Shown here piece by piece: positions 1 through 9,576 of a stretch of DNA of 64,000 bases (the stretch's first letter is position 1; the number at the start of each line of letters is the position of its first letter). Origin of the DNA: Pirellulaceae bacterium (GTDB lineage Bacteria > Planctomycetota > Planctomycetia > Pirellulales > Pirellulaceae); contig JBAUHQ010000291.1 of assembly GCA_049680365.1 (NCBI GenBank), positions 22 through 64,021 of the forward strand, written 5' to 3'. The notes under the pieces are model-generated. The model saw nothing but the letters and a program-made list of their open reading frames with translations, was not told where the DNA came from and ran no database searches. The position numbers and the translations under genes are program-made.

Positions 1-137
1 TAAGCGATTGCTCAAGGTTTTGCGATTTCGATTTGGGCAATTCAATGACGGAACTCTCGCAATCCGTTAAAACCGGAACTCGCCGCCAATGACTGATTGT
101 ATTTGTGGCCACCAACGATTGCTTCTAAGATACGCAC

Positions 138-1442
138 ATGAATAAAACAACAAATTCAAGCGGCCCCCACGACGCCAACAAGCACCATGGACGTCGCTCG
201 CTGCTGAAGTCCGCGGGTATCAGCTTGACACTGCCCGCTTTGGAATCGATCCCTGGCGGCGCGAATGCCGCTGAGGCATCAAGCACATCGGAGCCAAAAG
301 CCAAGCGACTTGTTTGCGTCGGATCCAATTTGGGCCTGTACCGAAATGCACTTTACCCGTCGAAGTCTGGCCGAGACTACGAAACGACCCCGCTGTTGAA
401 GCCGATTGACACTCATCGTGACGACTTCACGATTTTCTCTGGACTGGATCATCGCGCCAGCAACGGACACAACAACTGGGACAATTTCCTGTGCGGCAAA
501 CGAATCGGCAGCGTGTCGATGGACCAAGTCGCAGCAGAAACCATTGGCGCACAAACTCGCTTCGAATCGCTTCAACTTTGCGCCGGCGATATTCCTAAAC
601 AACGCATGGTATTCACCAAGGACGGCGTTCCGCTGCCGATGATCAATCGACCCAGCGTGGTGTTCCACAAAATGTTTGCCAGCAGCGATGATCGTGCCCG
701 AACCGAATACTTGCTGTCCAGTGGCCGAAGCACTTTGGACAAATTGACCGGCGATGCCAACCTGCTTCGTCAACAAGTCAGCGATCGGGACAAACGCAAG
801 CTGGACGAGTATTTCAGTTCGCTTCGCGAATTGGAGCAACGCATGGGGCGGCAACTGAATCACTTGGCTCAGGATGCGCCGAAAGTTGATTACGAATTGC
901 CTCCCTACGATCCGATTGCACCGACGATGATGCTGGAGTGCGAACAGATCATGTTCGACTTGATGGCGTTGGCGTTGCAGACCGATTCGACTCGCGTTGC
1001 CACGTTGTTTATCGCGGGCTTGGGACAAGTCTTCACGCTAGACGGCCAAACAATGCGAGCCGGCTATCACGCTTTGTCGCATCACGGCAACGATCCGGAT
1101 TTGATTCGAGATTTGATTCGTGTGGAAACCGAACACATGAACTGCTTAGGGCGGTTTGTTAATCAGCTCAAGGAAAAGACCGACGCGGACGGACGACCAT
1201 TGCTGGATACCACCGTCGTGATGTTTGGAACCGGCATGGGTGATGCTAGCCGTCATTCCAATCGCGACCTGCCCACGATTGTTGCCGGCGGCGGATTTAA
1301 GCACGGCCAACACTTTGCAGCGGATCCCGAATCCGACGACTCGCCGTTGCTGGGTGATGTTTTCGTTTCGATCCTGCAGCAGTTGGGCGTAGAAGTCGAT
1401 TCGTTCTGCACCGCTAAACGAGGCATCGACGGTTGGGCATAA
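138..1442 (+). CDS. DUF1552 (HXXSHH family) protein, probably Tat-exported
   Basis: 434-aa ORF. The N-terminus HGRRSLLKSAGISLTLPA is twin-arginine-like. The motif YHALSHHG matches the HXXSHH signature. It sits directly beside its usual DUF1592-type partner. Confidence 0.8.
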   Translation: MNKTTNSSGPHDANKHHGRRSLLKSAGISLTLPALESIPGGANAAEASSTSEPKAKRLVCVGSNLGLYRNALYPSKSGRDYETTPLLKPIDTHRDDFTIFSGLDHRASNGHNNWDNFLCGKRIGSVSMDQVAAETIGAQTRFESLQLCAGDIPKQRMVFTKDGVPLPMINRPSVVFHKMFASSDDRARTEYLLSSGRSTLDKLTGDANLLRQQVSDRDKRKLDEYFSSLRELEQRMGRQLNHLAQDAPKVDYELPPYDPIAPTMMLECEQIMFDLMALALQTDSTRVATLFIAGLGQVFTLDGQTMRAGYHALSHHGNDPDLIRDLIRVETEHMNCLGRFVNQLKEKTDADGRPLLDTTVVMFGTGMGDASRHSNRDLPTIVAGGGFKHGQHFAADPESDDSPLLGDVFVSILQQLGVEVDSFCTAKRGIDGWA

Positions 1443-4054
1443 AACAAAGGTCGGTCCGAACTGCCACCACATTTGCCACCAGCCTGGCGATTGCGTTGGC
1501 ATTGCACATGTTCGCGCACACGTCGGCAACGGCAGCTCCCTTGGACGCGTCGGCAAACAAATTCTTGCGGACCTACTGTGGCGATTGTCATTGCGAGGGG
1601 GCGGACGAAGGCGGTTTTCAGATCGAAACGGACGATATCGATTGGTCGAACCACGGTTCGCTTGTTGCGTGGGAACACATTCACGCAATGGTTTCGCGAG
1701 GCATCATGCCGCCACACGATGCTGACCAACCGCCAGAAGCCGAACGAGCCGAGTTCTTGCAGTTGGCCGACAAGTACTTGGTTCAACACAGCCGGATTGG
1801 CGGAACAACGCTTCGCCGTTTGAATCGACGCGAATATTCCAAGACGATTGAGCGTCTGTTCGGTCTTTCAAATTTCAGTTTGCCGGCCAGCTTTCCTCCG
1901 GACAACGAAGCGAACGGCTTTGATAATCAAGCCGATGCTTTGGTGGTCGCTAGTTCGCACTTGGAAGCGTTGTCGGAGACGGCATCGCTAATCGCTGATC
2001 AGCTTTTTCCACCACCCCCAAAAGAGATTATCGCAAAAACGTTTCAGGTGCCTGCCCACGAAATGGTCGTCAGCTATTCTTCTGCCTGTTTGATCGATGG
2101 CCAAATGCGATTGGCCTCTTCGGGCGACAACATCGTTCGCAACGCAACTTGGCCGACCAAGTTCGAGGCCCCCGCGTCGGGCGTTTACCAGTTGACGATC
2201 AATCTTTCGTCGCACAACCCGCCCGCAACAACACCCGTTTTGACCGTGGCAACGATGCGAGCCGCCGACCGCAGCGATGTCAATCTTGTTCAAGAGATCA
2301 CAGTCGACAGCCAGGATGTGACCTCAAGCCATTTGAAAATCCGATTGAACAAAGGCGACACGGTCGCACTGCGTTACTTAAATGGCCCGTTGGTCTACGA
2401 GGACGTGCCGAAATTCGAGTCTTTCCTGACGGAGCTATTCACGAACAACCCAAAACTTGCGGCGGCGTGGGACCACGTTGGCAATCCGCCGCGAGGCGGT
2501 AGTGGCTGGCAGCGTGTCAAAGAAGCGATGGGAAACCAGGACCTGGACGTCGCAAAGTTCAAGGACAACGAAACAGCGGTTTCCGAACTGGTCAAACGAG
2601 TCGCGAAGAACAAGGTCAACTCGGGAGAAACGTTGGTCTACAAATTCTTTGAGGAAGGACCGGCGATCGCAATTCACCGGATGACGTTGCATGGTCCGAT
2701 CAAACGCATTCGTGATCGCGACCAGATCCGCAGCGACAACTTGCGAGAGAGCTTTGTGGGCAAAGATTTCGACGACTCCGATCTGAATTCGTTGCAACAG
2801 TTGATGCAGCGGTTTTTGTCCGCGGCGTTTCGCCGCCCTGCAACGGAGAACGAGATCGCCGGCTATGCCAGCTTGATTCAACAAACGGCCACCGAAACCG
2901 GCTCCATTGACCAAGGACTCCATCTTGCAATACGCACGGCTCTGATTTCGCCGGCCTTCCTGTATCGTGGGTTCCACGACGGAGTGCTCAGCGATCATGA
3001 CTTGGCAACTCGCTTGTCCTACTTCCTGACATCCGCACCGCCGTCCGAGAGTCTGCAGAAAGCCGTCCACGCTGGCAAACTATCGCGACCCGCCGTCTTG
3101 CAAAAAGAGACCTTGCGATTGCTGGGACGTGATTTTTCAAAGGAGTTTTCGACTCAGTGGTTGGGCACCGATGAAGTCGACAACTTGATGCCCGACTTGC
3201 GTCTCATTAAGCGGTTTAGTCCGGAACATCGACAAGTGTTTCGCGACGAAGTGACGGAAACATTTCATCATATACTGACCGAGAATTTACCGGTCACTGA
3301 ATTCATCAATCCGAATTTCGTGTTCACTAATCAAACGGTCGGCTGGGAAATTTACGCATTGGAACAGCTGAAGCCTTCAAAGAAAAATCGTGCTACCAAG
3401 TCAAATCGCAAGAAGATTGCAAAATTCACATTGCCCGCCGACAGTCACCGTGGTGGGCTGCTGACAATGCCAGCCGTGATGATGTCGACCGCCAACGGAG
3501 TGGATACCCAGCCAGTTCTACGTGGCGTTTGGGTTTTGGAAAACATCTTTGGCACACCGCCACCCGAACCGCCCAATGCTGTGCCAGCACTGACCCCCGA
3601 TACCAGTTCGGCAACAACAGTAAAACAACGACTCGCTGCACATATGTCAGACGAATCTTGTGCGCAGTGCCATCGCGAAATCGATCCAATCGGGTTCGCA
3701 CTGGAAAGTTTTGATCCTATCGGGCGCTGGCGTGATCACTATCCGCTTTATCGCGATCAAGACGGCGAACCAGTCATCGAGAAAGGGAATCGAGTCGACA
3801 CGACTGGCGAGCTACCAGACGGAACGGAAATCAAAGACGTCGTCGATCTGAAGCAATGGCTGGCCAATCATCCCGAACTGTTCGCCAGATGCTTATCGGA
3901 AAAACTGCTCACCTATGCAGTCGGACGAAGGCTAAACTATCGTGAAAAGAAGCTGATCGCAGAAATCGTCACCGAACAACGGGAAAGCAACGACCTGCGC
4001 TTTCGCGATCTCCTAGTCGCTTTGGTCGGCAGCGAAATTTTTCGCACGAAGTGA
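1433..4054 (+). CDS. Planctomycete multidomain DUF1587/DUF1595/DUF1592/DUF1588/DUF1585-type protein with two CxxCH motifs
   Basis: 873-aa ORF with a signal-like N-terminus. CxxCH motifs are CGDCH near the N-terminus and CAQCH followed by REIDPIGFALESFDPIGRWR near the C-terminus. The TTG start overlaps the upstream stop by 10 nt, so the start is uncertain. Confidence 0.8.
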   Translation: MGIKQRSVRTATTFATSLAIALALHMFAHTSATAAPLDASANKFLRTYCGDCHCEGADEGGFQIETDDIDWSNHGSLVAWEHIHAMVSRGIMPPHDADQPPEAERAEFLQLADKYLVQHSRIGGTTLRRLNRREYSKTIERLFGLSNFSLPASFPPDNEANGFDNQADALVVASSHLEALSETASLIADQLFPPPPKEIIAKTFQVPAHEMVVSYSSACLIDGQMRLASSGDNIVRNATWPTKFEAPASGVYQLTINLSSHNPPATTPVLTVATMRAADRSDVNLVQEITVDSQDVTSSHLKIRLNKGDTVALRYLNGPLVYEDVPKFESFLTELFTNNPKLAAAWDHVGNPPRGGSGWQRVKEAMGNQDLDVAKFKDNETAVSELVKRVAKNKVNSGETLVYKFFEEGPAIAIHRMTLHGPIKRIRDRDQIRSDNLRESFVGKDFDDSDLNSLQQLMQRFLSAAFRRPATENEIAGYASLIQQTATETGSIDQGLHLAIRTALISPAFLYRGFHDGVLSDHDLATRLSYFLTSAPPSESLQKAVHAGKLSRPAVLQKETLRLLGRDFSKEFSTQWLGTDEVDNLMPDLRLIKRFSPEHRQVFRDEVTETFHHILTENLPVTEFINPNFVFTNQTVGWEIYALEQLKPSKKNRATKSNRKKIAKFTLPADSHRGGLLTMPAVMMSTANGVDTQPVLRGVWVLENIFGTPPPEPPNAVPALTPDTSSATTVKQRLAAHMSDESCAQCHREIDPIGFALESFDPIGRWRDHYPLYRDQDGEPVIEKGNRVDTTGELPDGTEIKDVVDLKQWLANHPELFARCLSEKLLTYAVGRRLNYREKKLIAEIVTEQRESNDLRFRDLLVALVGSEIFRTK

Positions 4055-4092
4055 TGTCAGTTGTCGATTTCTAATTTGCACGAGAACGAAGA

Positions 4093-4710
4093 ATGATCCG
4101 ACTTTCCATGTTTATCGGCTGCTTGCTTGCTCACAGTTTCGTCTTGGCGGGCGAGTTCAATCCTGACATCAACATCGGTGACACGGCACCCGCATGGAGC
4201 GATTTGCCGGGGACGGATGGCAAGCATCATTCATCCAATGACTTTCATGATTTCAAAGCAGTCGTCGTTGCGTTCACCTGCAATAGTTGCCCCTACGCGG
4301 TGGATGCCGAACAACGTCTGATCGAACTGCATGCGTTATGCAAAGCAAACAAGGCAGCGTTAGTCGCGATCAACGTCAACACCATCGCTGCGGACGATTT
4401 GCCCGCGATGACGGCTCGTGCCAAGGAAAAATCTTATCCTTTCCCTTACCTGTTCGACAAAACTCAAGCGATCGCCAAAGCCTTCGGAGCACGCTACACG
4501 CCCGAATTTTTTGTCCTCGGCGAAGACCGCAAGATCGTCTACATGGGATCATTGGACGATAGTCCCGACGGTAAAAAGGTAACGAAGCAATTCGTCCGGG
4601 ACGCAATCCTGGCCGCCGCCGACACGAAGGCTCCAGCAGTAACCGAGACCGTGCCCATTGGATGCCGCATTCGATTCGAACGTGAACGGCGAACAAGAAA
4701 GAGCAAGTAG
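4093..4710 (+). CDS. Exported thioredoxin-fold (TlpA/AhpC-TSA-like) protein
   Basis: 205 aa with a signal peptide. FTCNSCPY contains a CxxC motif. YTPEFFVLG resembles the redoxin fold. Confidence 0.75.
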   Translation: MIRLSMFIGCLLAHSFVLAGEFNPDINIGDTAPAWSDLPGTDGKHHSSNDFHDFKAVVVAFTCNSCPYAVDAEQRLIELHALCKANKAALVAINVNTIAADDLPAMTARAKEKSYPFPYLFDKTQAIAKAFGARYTPEFFVLGEDRKIVYMGSLDDSPDGKKVTKQFVRDAILAAADTKAPAVTETVPIGCRIRFERERRTRKSK

Positions 4711-4750
4711 GAACCGGCACTTTCGCGGTACAATGTCCCCGTGAAAAGCT

Positions 4751-5512
4751 TTACTTCAGCGAATCGTAGACCTTGATGTCGTCCACCAATGCAGAACTCC
4801 AACCGCTGAACTCGCTGCTGCCAAGTAGCAACTGAGCACCTTGTTCGCGGCGCTGTTGCATTTCGGCTTGGCTTGCACACGGTCCGCCAAATGCCTTGCC
4901 GTGTTTCTTGCAGGCAGCCGCGACGGTTTCCCATGCTTCGTCCAAAGTCATTTCGTTCGTCTGACGCAGTCGCAAGCCCAAGTCGCCAGGGCCAATGAAG
5001 ATCAAGTCGACGCCTTCGGTCGCTGCAATGGCGTCGCAGTTGCGAACCGCTTCGGGGGTTTCAATTTGAGCGACTAAAAATGTTTCGCGATTTACCCAAG
5101 CTGCGTATTCGTCTGGATTGTGAACGTGAAAATCAGCGTCCAAACCAGCGTTATCGATGCCGCGATTTCCAAGCGGTGGGAACTTGGTGTACTGCACCAA
5201 CATCTCTGCCATTTCGGGTGTCGACAGATGCGGAATCATCAGCCCCGCAGCACCGTCTTCCAAGAAACGACACAAGCCCGTTTTCTCCAGCGTCGGCGGG
5301 CGAATCAAAATATCGATGTCAAACAAATGACCAAACGCCAACAGTGCATCAATCTCTCGCGATTGCATTCCGCGGTGCTCCAGATCGACCCAAAGGCAGT
5401 CGTATCCGGCTCGTGCGGCGTGCGCAACATAGGCCGGGATGTAATGACCAAGCACGGCTAAACGAATAGGTTCGCCGCTGCGTACACGCGATAGGGTTTT
5501 GCTGATTCTCAC
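4751..5512 (-). CDS. HpcH/HpaI-family aldolase
   Basis: 253 aa with a GTG start. ARAGYDCLWVDLEHRG and LIFIGPGDL are typical of HpcH/HpaI aldolase / citrate-lyase beta-like enzymes. Confidence 0.75.
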   Translation of the reverse strand: MRISKTLSRVRSGEPIRLAVLGHYIPAYVAHAARAGYDCLWVDLEHRGMQSREIDALLAFGHLFDIDILIRPPTLEKTGLCRFLEDGAAGLMIPHLSTPEMAEMLVQYTKFPPLGNRGIDNAGLDADFHVHNPDEYAAWVNRETFLVAQIETPEAVRNCDAIAATEGVDLIFIGPGDLGLRLRQTNEMTLDEAWETVAAACKKHGKAFGGPCASQAEMQQRREQGAQLLLGSSEFSGWSSALVDDIKVYDSLK

Positions 5513-5628
5513 GGGTTATCCTGTAGGCCTTCGTTGGCAGTGGAACGTATGGAGCCGAGAATCTTAGCGAGTCGGCGAAAGCCTGTCCGCACCACTGCCA
5601 ATTTGCCCTGACAGAGACCGCCGCCGAC

Positions 5629-6906
5629 TTGACGACGGTCGTGTTTTGCCACATGGTGCATTGGCAGGACCTCACTCTATCCGTTAAAGCCGCACCTACA
5701 ATTTCAACTCCAACCCCGCCAACCGATCACGCCTCCAATCAGCGCGTCCGTTGCTACGATTGCTATCGCCCGCTCAGCATGTGTTTTTGCGATCGGATTC
5801 CTTCGGTCAACAATCGCACTGAAATTCTGATTTTGCAGCACATGCGTGAGCGATTCCATCCGTTCAACACCGCTCGCATTTTGCGAAAAGCTCTGGCCAA
5901 CGCGACTTTGATGGTCGATCACAACCTTGCCCTGGCGGATCAAATCGGGACTTTGGCGTTGCCGCCCAGTGCTGGCGTCTTGTACCCCGGCCCCGGCGGG
6001 AGACTACTGACCGATCTGCCTCGCGACGAACATCCTGAACAACTGATTGTCATTGATGGCACTTGGCATCATGCGAAAACGTTGTTGCGCGACATCCCCC
6101 TTTTGAACGAACTACCACGTTTCCGAATTCAGCCTGCTCAGCCAGGACGATACCGAATCCGGCGTGAACCGAACGAGACAGCACTTTCAACCTTAGAAGC
6201 AACCGTCGCGGCGCTGCTGGCCTTGGAACCCGAAACCGATGGCCTGCATGAATTGACATCTGCGTTTGATTCGATGGTGCAAACGCAATTGGATCATCCG
6301 AAAGCTCGTTATGGTTGGCGACACAATCGACGTCGTAGTGAAAACGCGATGGGCATCCCGCGAGCGATCTTGGATGACTTGCCCAATGTCGTGGTTGCCT
6401 ACGGAGAATCGGAGCCTGGTAAAGCCGGTTGCAAAAGGTCGCCTCGCGGTCACGACAAACGGCAAAGTGTCTATTGGGTCGCGCAGCGACTTGGCACCGG
6501 CGAATCGTTTCGAGCAGCAATTGAACCTCGCGTGGCGTTGCCCGAAGATTTTTTGCAGCACGTCGGCCTGCCGATGGAAACATGGCAGTCGGCATTGTCG
6601 ATGGACGATTTCGTCCGAACGTGGAAAGAATTCCTTCAGCCGACCGATACGCTGGTGACCTATCACGCCAGCACATCCAAGTTGTTGAAAAACGTCGACG
6701 CGTTGCCACCGCGAAGCGTGTACTTAAAATCGGTCAAGTTCGATCCATCCGGGCAACATAAAACGCTTGATTCGTTCCTGAAAAGTAACGAACTGAAAAC
6801 CATGCCACCACAGCATCCCGGGCGCGCGGGCGAGCGACTTGCTAACGCCATCGCATTGGTAAACTACTTATATCAGACAGGTGGTGCAAAACGCGATGCT
6901 CTATAA
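5629..6906 (+). CDS. DTW-domain protein (TapT/TuaA-like tRNA acp transferase family) with an approximately 190-aa C-terminal extension
   Basis: Cys cluster CYDCYRPLSMCFCD, then LILQH, then VIDGTWHHAKT (the DxTW motif). The ORF continues about 190 aa past a normal DTW protein. The start may be the ATG at 5653 rather than the TTG at 5629. Confidence 0.7.
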   Translation: MTTVVFCHMVHWQDLTLSVKAAPTISTPTPPTDHASNQRVRCYDCYRPLSMCFCDRIPSVNNRTEILILQHMRERFHPFNTARILRKALANATLMVDHNLALADQIGTLALPPSAGVLYPGPGGRLLTDLPRDEHPEQLIVIDGTWHHAKTLLRDIPLLNELPRFRIQPAQPGRYRIRREPNETALSTLEATVAALLALEPETDGLHELTSAFDSMVQTQLDHPKARYGWRHNRRRSENAMGIPRAILDDLPNVVVAYGESEPGKAGCKRSPRGHDKRQSVYWVAQRLGTGESFRAAIEPRVALPEDFLQHVGLPMETWQSALSMDDFVRTWKEFLQPTDTLVTYHASTSKLLKNVDALPPRSVYLKSVKFDPSGQHKTLDSFLKSNELKTMPPQHPGRAGERLANAIALVNYLYQTGGAKRDAL

Positions 6907-6956
6907 TGCGCCTACCTAACAACACCCCCCGAACGACTAAACAAGGCCGATCACAG

Positions 6957-8300
6957 ATGACCAAGAATCAATCAAACACGCGCCGCCAGTTCTTGAAGAA
7001 GTCGGCAACCGTTGCCGCGGCGGCACCGATAGCGGCCTATTTTCCTTGGTCAGAGCCAGCGTTCGCAAATCAATCCAAGAATGATCGCCCGGTCATTGGC
7101 GGAATCGGTCTGGGCGGAATGGGATCAGGTGACTGTCGAAATCATTCCCAATTTGGAGACATCGTCGCGGTTGCGGATGTGGACGAACAGCATGCCTTGC
7201 GAGCCAAAGACGACGACAAGATTGGCAAGGGCAAAGCGGATGTCTATACGGACTACCGAAAGGTTCTTGATCGCGACGATATCGATGTGGTCAGTATCGC
7301 GACGCCAGATCACTGGCACGTCAAAATCGCCATCGAAGCGCTGCAGGCTGGCAAACATGTCTTTTGTCAAAAACCGCTCACGCTGACTTTGGAAGAAAAC
7401 CAACTGATTCGAAACGCTTGCCGCAAATATTCCGATCAAGTGTTCTTCATCGGAACGCAGCAACGCAGTGACCAAAATAAGTTTCTTCGTGCGGTCAACA
7501 TGGTTCAAAAGGGACTGCTGGGCGAGATTCAGCACATCAAAGTCGGCATCAACGGCGGTTCAGTGGGCAAGCACTTTGAAAAATCAACGCCACCAGCCAA
7601 CTTGAATTGGGATCAATGGCTAGGGCAAGCTCCGATGGTCGACTACATCAAAGAACGTTGCCATGGTTCGTTTCGTTGGTGGTATGAGTACGCGGGCGGA
7701 AAGTTCACGGACTGGGGCGCACACCACGTGGACATCGCGACTTGGGCGATCGATCAACAAGGCGACGGCGCAGGCCCAATCAGCATTGACGGCACAGACG
7801 CAAAGCATCCGGTCGACTTCAAAGACGGCTACCCCATTGCCGACGATACGTTCAATACCTCGCACGACTTTAACATCGTCTGTAAATACGCCAACGGAAT
7901 TCAACTCGACATCGAAAGTCGTGGCGATAACGGCATTTTATTCACGGGATCGAAAGGAAGGATCTTTGTCAATCGCAGCAAGATCTCCGGTACGCCGATC
8001 GAAGAGAACTGGGACAAGGATGCGTACGACGATTCCGATCGCCAGCGGTTGTTCAAAGGCAAACCGGCTGAAGGGCACAAAGGGAATTTCTACCGCTGCA
8101 TCCGTGAAAGTGGCTTGCCAGTGTCGGATGTGTTCACGCACGTGCAAGCCATGAGTGTCTGTCACTTAGCCGCCATCGCCGCACGGTTCGGACGCGAAAT
8201 CAAATGGGATCCCAAAGCGGAAGCAATCGTCGGCGACGATCAGGCAGCAGCCTTGTTTGCACGTAAACAACGCGAAGGTTATGAAATCCCGCGAGTTTAA
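6957..8300 (+). CDS. Gfo/Idh/MocA-family oxidoreductase with Tat signal
   Basis: MTKNQSNTRRQFLKKSATVAAAAP is a twin-arginine signal. IGGIGLGGMG, ATPDHWH and GKHVFCQKP are Rossmann / GFO_IDH_MocA motifs. The ATG at 6957 is preferred over the ORF-track start at 6906. Confidence 0.85.
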   Translation: MTKNQSNTRRQFLKKSATVAAAAPIAAYFPWSEPAFANQSKNDRPVIGGIGLGGMGSGDCRNHSQFGDIVAVADVDEQHALRAKDDDKIGKGKADVYTDYRKVLDRDDIDVVSIATPDHWHVKIAIEALQAGKHVFCQKPLTLTLEENQLIRNACRKYSDQVFFIGTQQRSDQNKFLRAVNMVQKGLLGEIQHIKVGINGGSVGKHFEKSTPPANLNWDQWLGQAPMVDYIKERCHGSFRWWYEYAGGKFTDWGAHHVDIATWAIDQQGDGAGPISIDGTDAKHPVDFKDGYPIADDTFNTSHDFNIVCKYANGIQLDIESRGDNGILFTGSKGRIFVNRSKISGTPIEENWDKDAYDDSDRQRLFKGKPAEGHKGNFYRCIRESGLPVSDVFTHVQAMSVCHLAAIAARFGREIKWDPKAEAIVGDDQAAALFARKQREGYEIPRV

Positions 8301-8477
8301 AAACTGCGGGAGGTTGTTGCTTGAAAGTGTCGCACCGGCCATTGCACGCCATTTGGCTTCACACTAATTGTCAAAAGTTTTTGTGTTGCCTGTGAATTGG
8401 GCCATTTGGCTGCGTAACTATTAATCAGCAAGGCACCCCTCAGTCTTGGATCTCGTACTCATCTCAATGGATTCTTT

Positions 8478-9506
8478 ATGAAACGCCCTTTAGTTGCCGC
8501 TAGTCTGCTCACTGCCTTGGCGTTGCTGCCAATCGCTGGACATGCCCAAGGACCTCGCCCCGACAACCTGGGTGCATCCAAACTTGACCTCGGCGAGCCA
8601 GGAATTGCTTGGTACACAACTTGGGAGTCCGCCCAGGCAGAAGCCAAACGTAGTGGCCGACCCATCATGTTTGTCGCGGCGGCTACACAGTGCAACGGAG
8701 TTTCGGGCGTTTTCTGACCCGGCTACACCGCCACGCAGAACGGTCTGTTCGCATCCAAAGATTTTATTGACTCCACCCGCGATTTTGTTTGTGTCCGTTT
8801 GGATAGCTACGAAAGCGTCGATCACCAAAAATACGTCCGGACATTTCTGGACGGAAAATTCGAAAACAGCGTCTTTTGCGTGCTCTCGCCCAATAGCCAG
8901 GATTGGTTGACTCGCGCCCACCGTGGGCCGCAGCAAGTATTCGGTCGACAAAGTGCGACGGACCAGATGGCACGTTTCGCTGTGCAGTACCCGGCCAAAG
9001 CCACCTTGGACGAAGCGATTGTCCAGGACTTCCACACATTCCGCCAAGCGTTGAATGTGGCGTCGGCCGATCAGCGTGTGTTGGTCGTCATCAATACAAA
9101 CGGCGACCAGAAAACACACTTGCGTGATTCGCTAAAATCGGTCGTAAACGACAGCCGTATCGTCGGACGTTTTCATTTCGACTTTGAAACATCGGACGAT
9201 TGGAAGCAAAACGTTTCGGGCACAACTGACCAGCCAGGAATCGTCGTGATCAATCCAGGCGAATTTGGTTTGACCGGCAAAGTGATGACCCAACTTCCCT
9301 TGGATGCGAAGCCGGAGCAGATCACTGACGAATTACTGAAGGCCAACGACGTTTACGCCAAGACAACGAAGAAGAAGGTCTACTCAGAGCATGTTGCAAA
9401 AGGTCGCAAAGCAGGCGTGTATTTCGAGGGAGCGGTGCCATACGGTGAAGACCGCGACGGCGATGGTGAGATTGATCACCGCGGCGGCAGTCAGCGACGA
9501 CAGTAG
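8478..9506 (+). CDS. Exported thioredoxin-fold protein whose frame is interrupted by one in-frame TGA at 8715-8717 (candidate selenoprotein, otherwise a pseudogene)
   Basis: ORFs 8478-8717 and 8799-9506 share one frame, and 8718-8798 is open in that frame. The joined product reads signal peptide ... AKRSGRPIMFVAAATQCNGVSGVF-[TGA]-PGYTATQNGLFASKDFIDSTRDFVCVRLD, which resembles a Thioredoxin_7-type domain. Confidence 0.5.
8735..8752 (+). other. SECIS-like hairpin candidate downstream of the in-frame TGA
   Basis: Pairs are g8735-c8752, c8736-g8751, (a8737 bulged), g8738-c8750, a8739-t8749, a8740-t8748 and c8741-g8747. The apical loop is GGUCU (8742-8746), 27 nt after the UGA. Confidence 0.35.
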
Positions 9507-9576
9507 TCAGCGACGAAAGTAAACGTAGGATAGACTTCCAGGCTGTCACACTAGGATCGAAGACAGCCCCTGAACA

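Noticed and set aside
279-1028. 249-aa ORF antisense to the DUF1552 gene
   Set aside because: It lies entirely inside, and opposite to, a gene with clear family motifs. It is Arg/Gln/His-rich with no motif. This is typical of spurious antisense ORFs in GC-rich DNA.
6050-6709. 219-aa and 157-aa antisense ORFs within the DTW gene
   Set aside because: They overlap a motif-bearing gene on the other strand and have no recognisable features.
9541-9568. 7-bp hairpin (ggctgtc/gacagcc, 14-nt loop) between convergent genes
   Set aside because: The structure is real but weak, and no U-run follows on either strand, so I do not call it a terminator.
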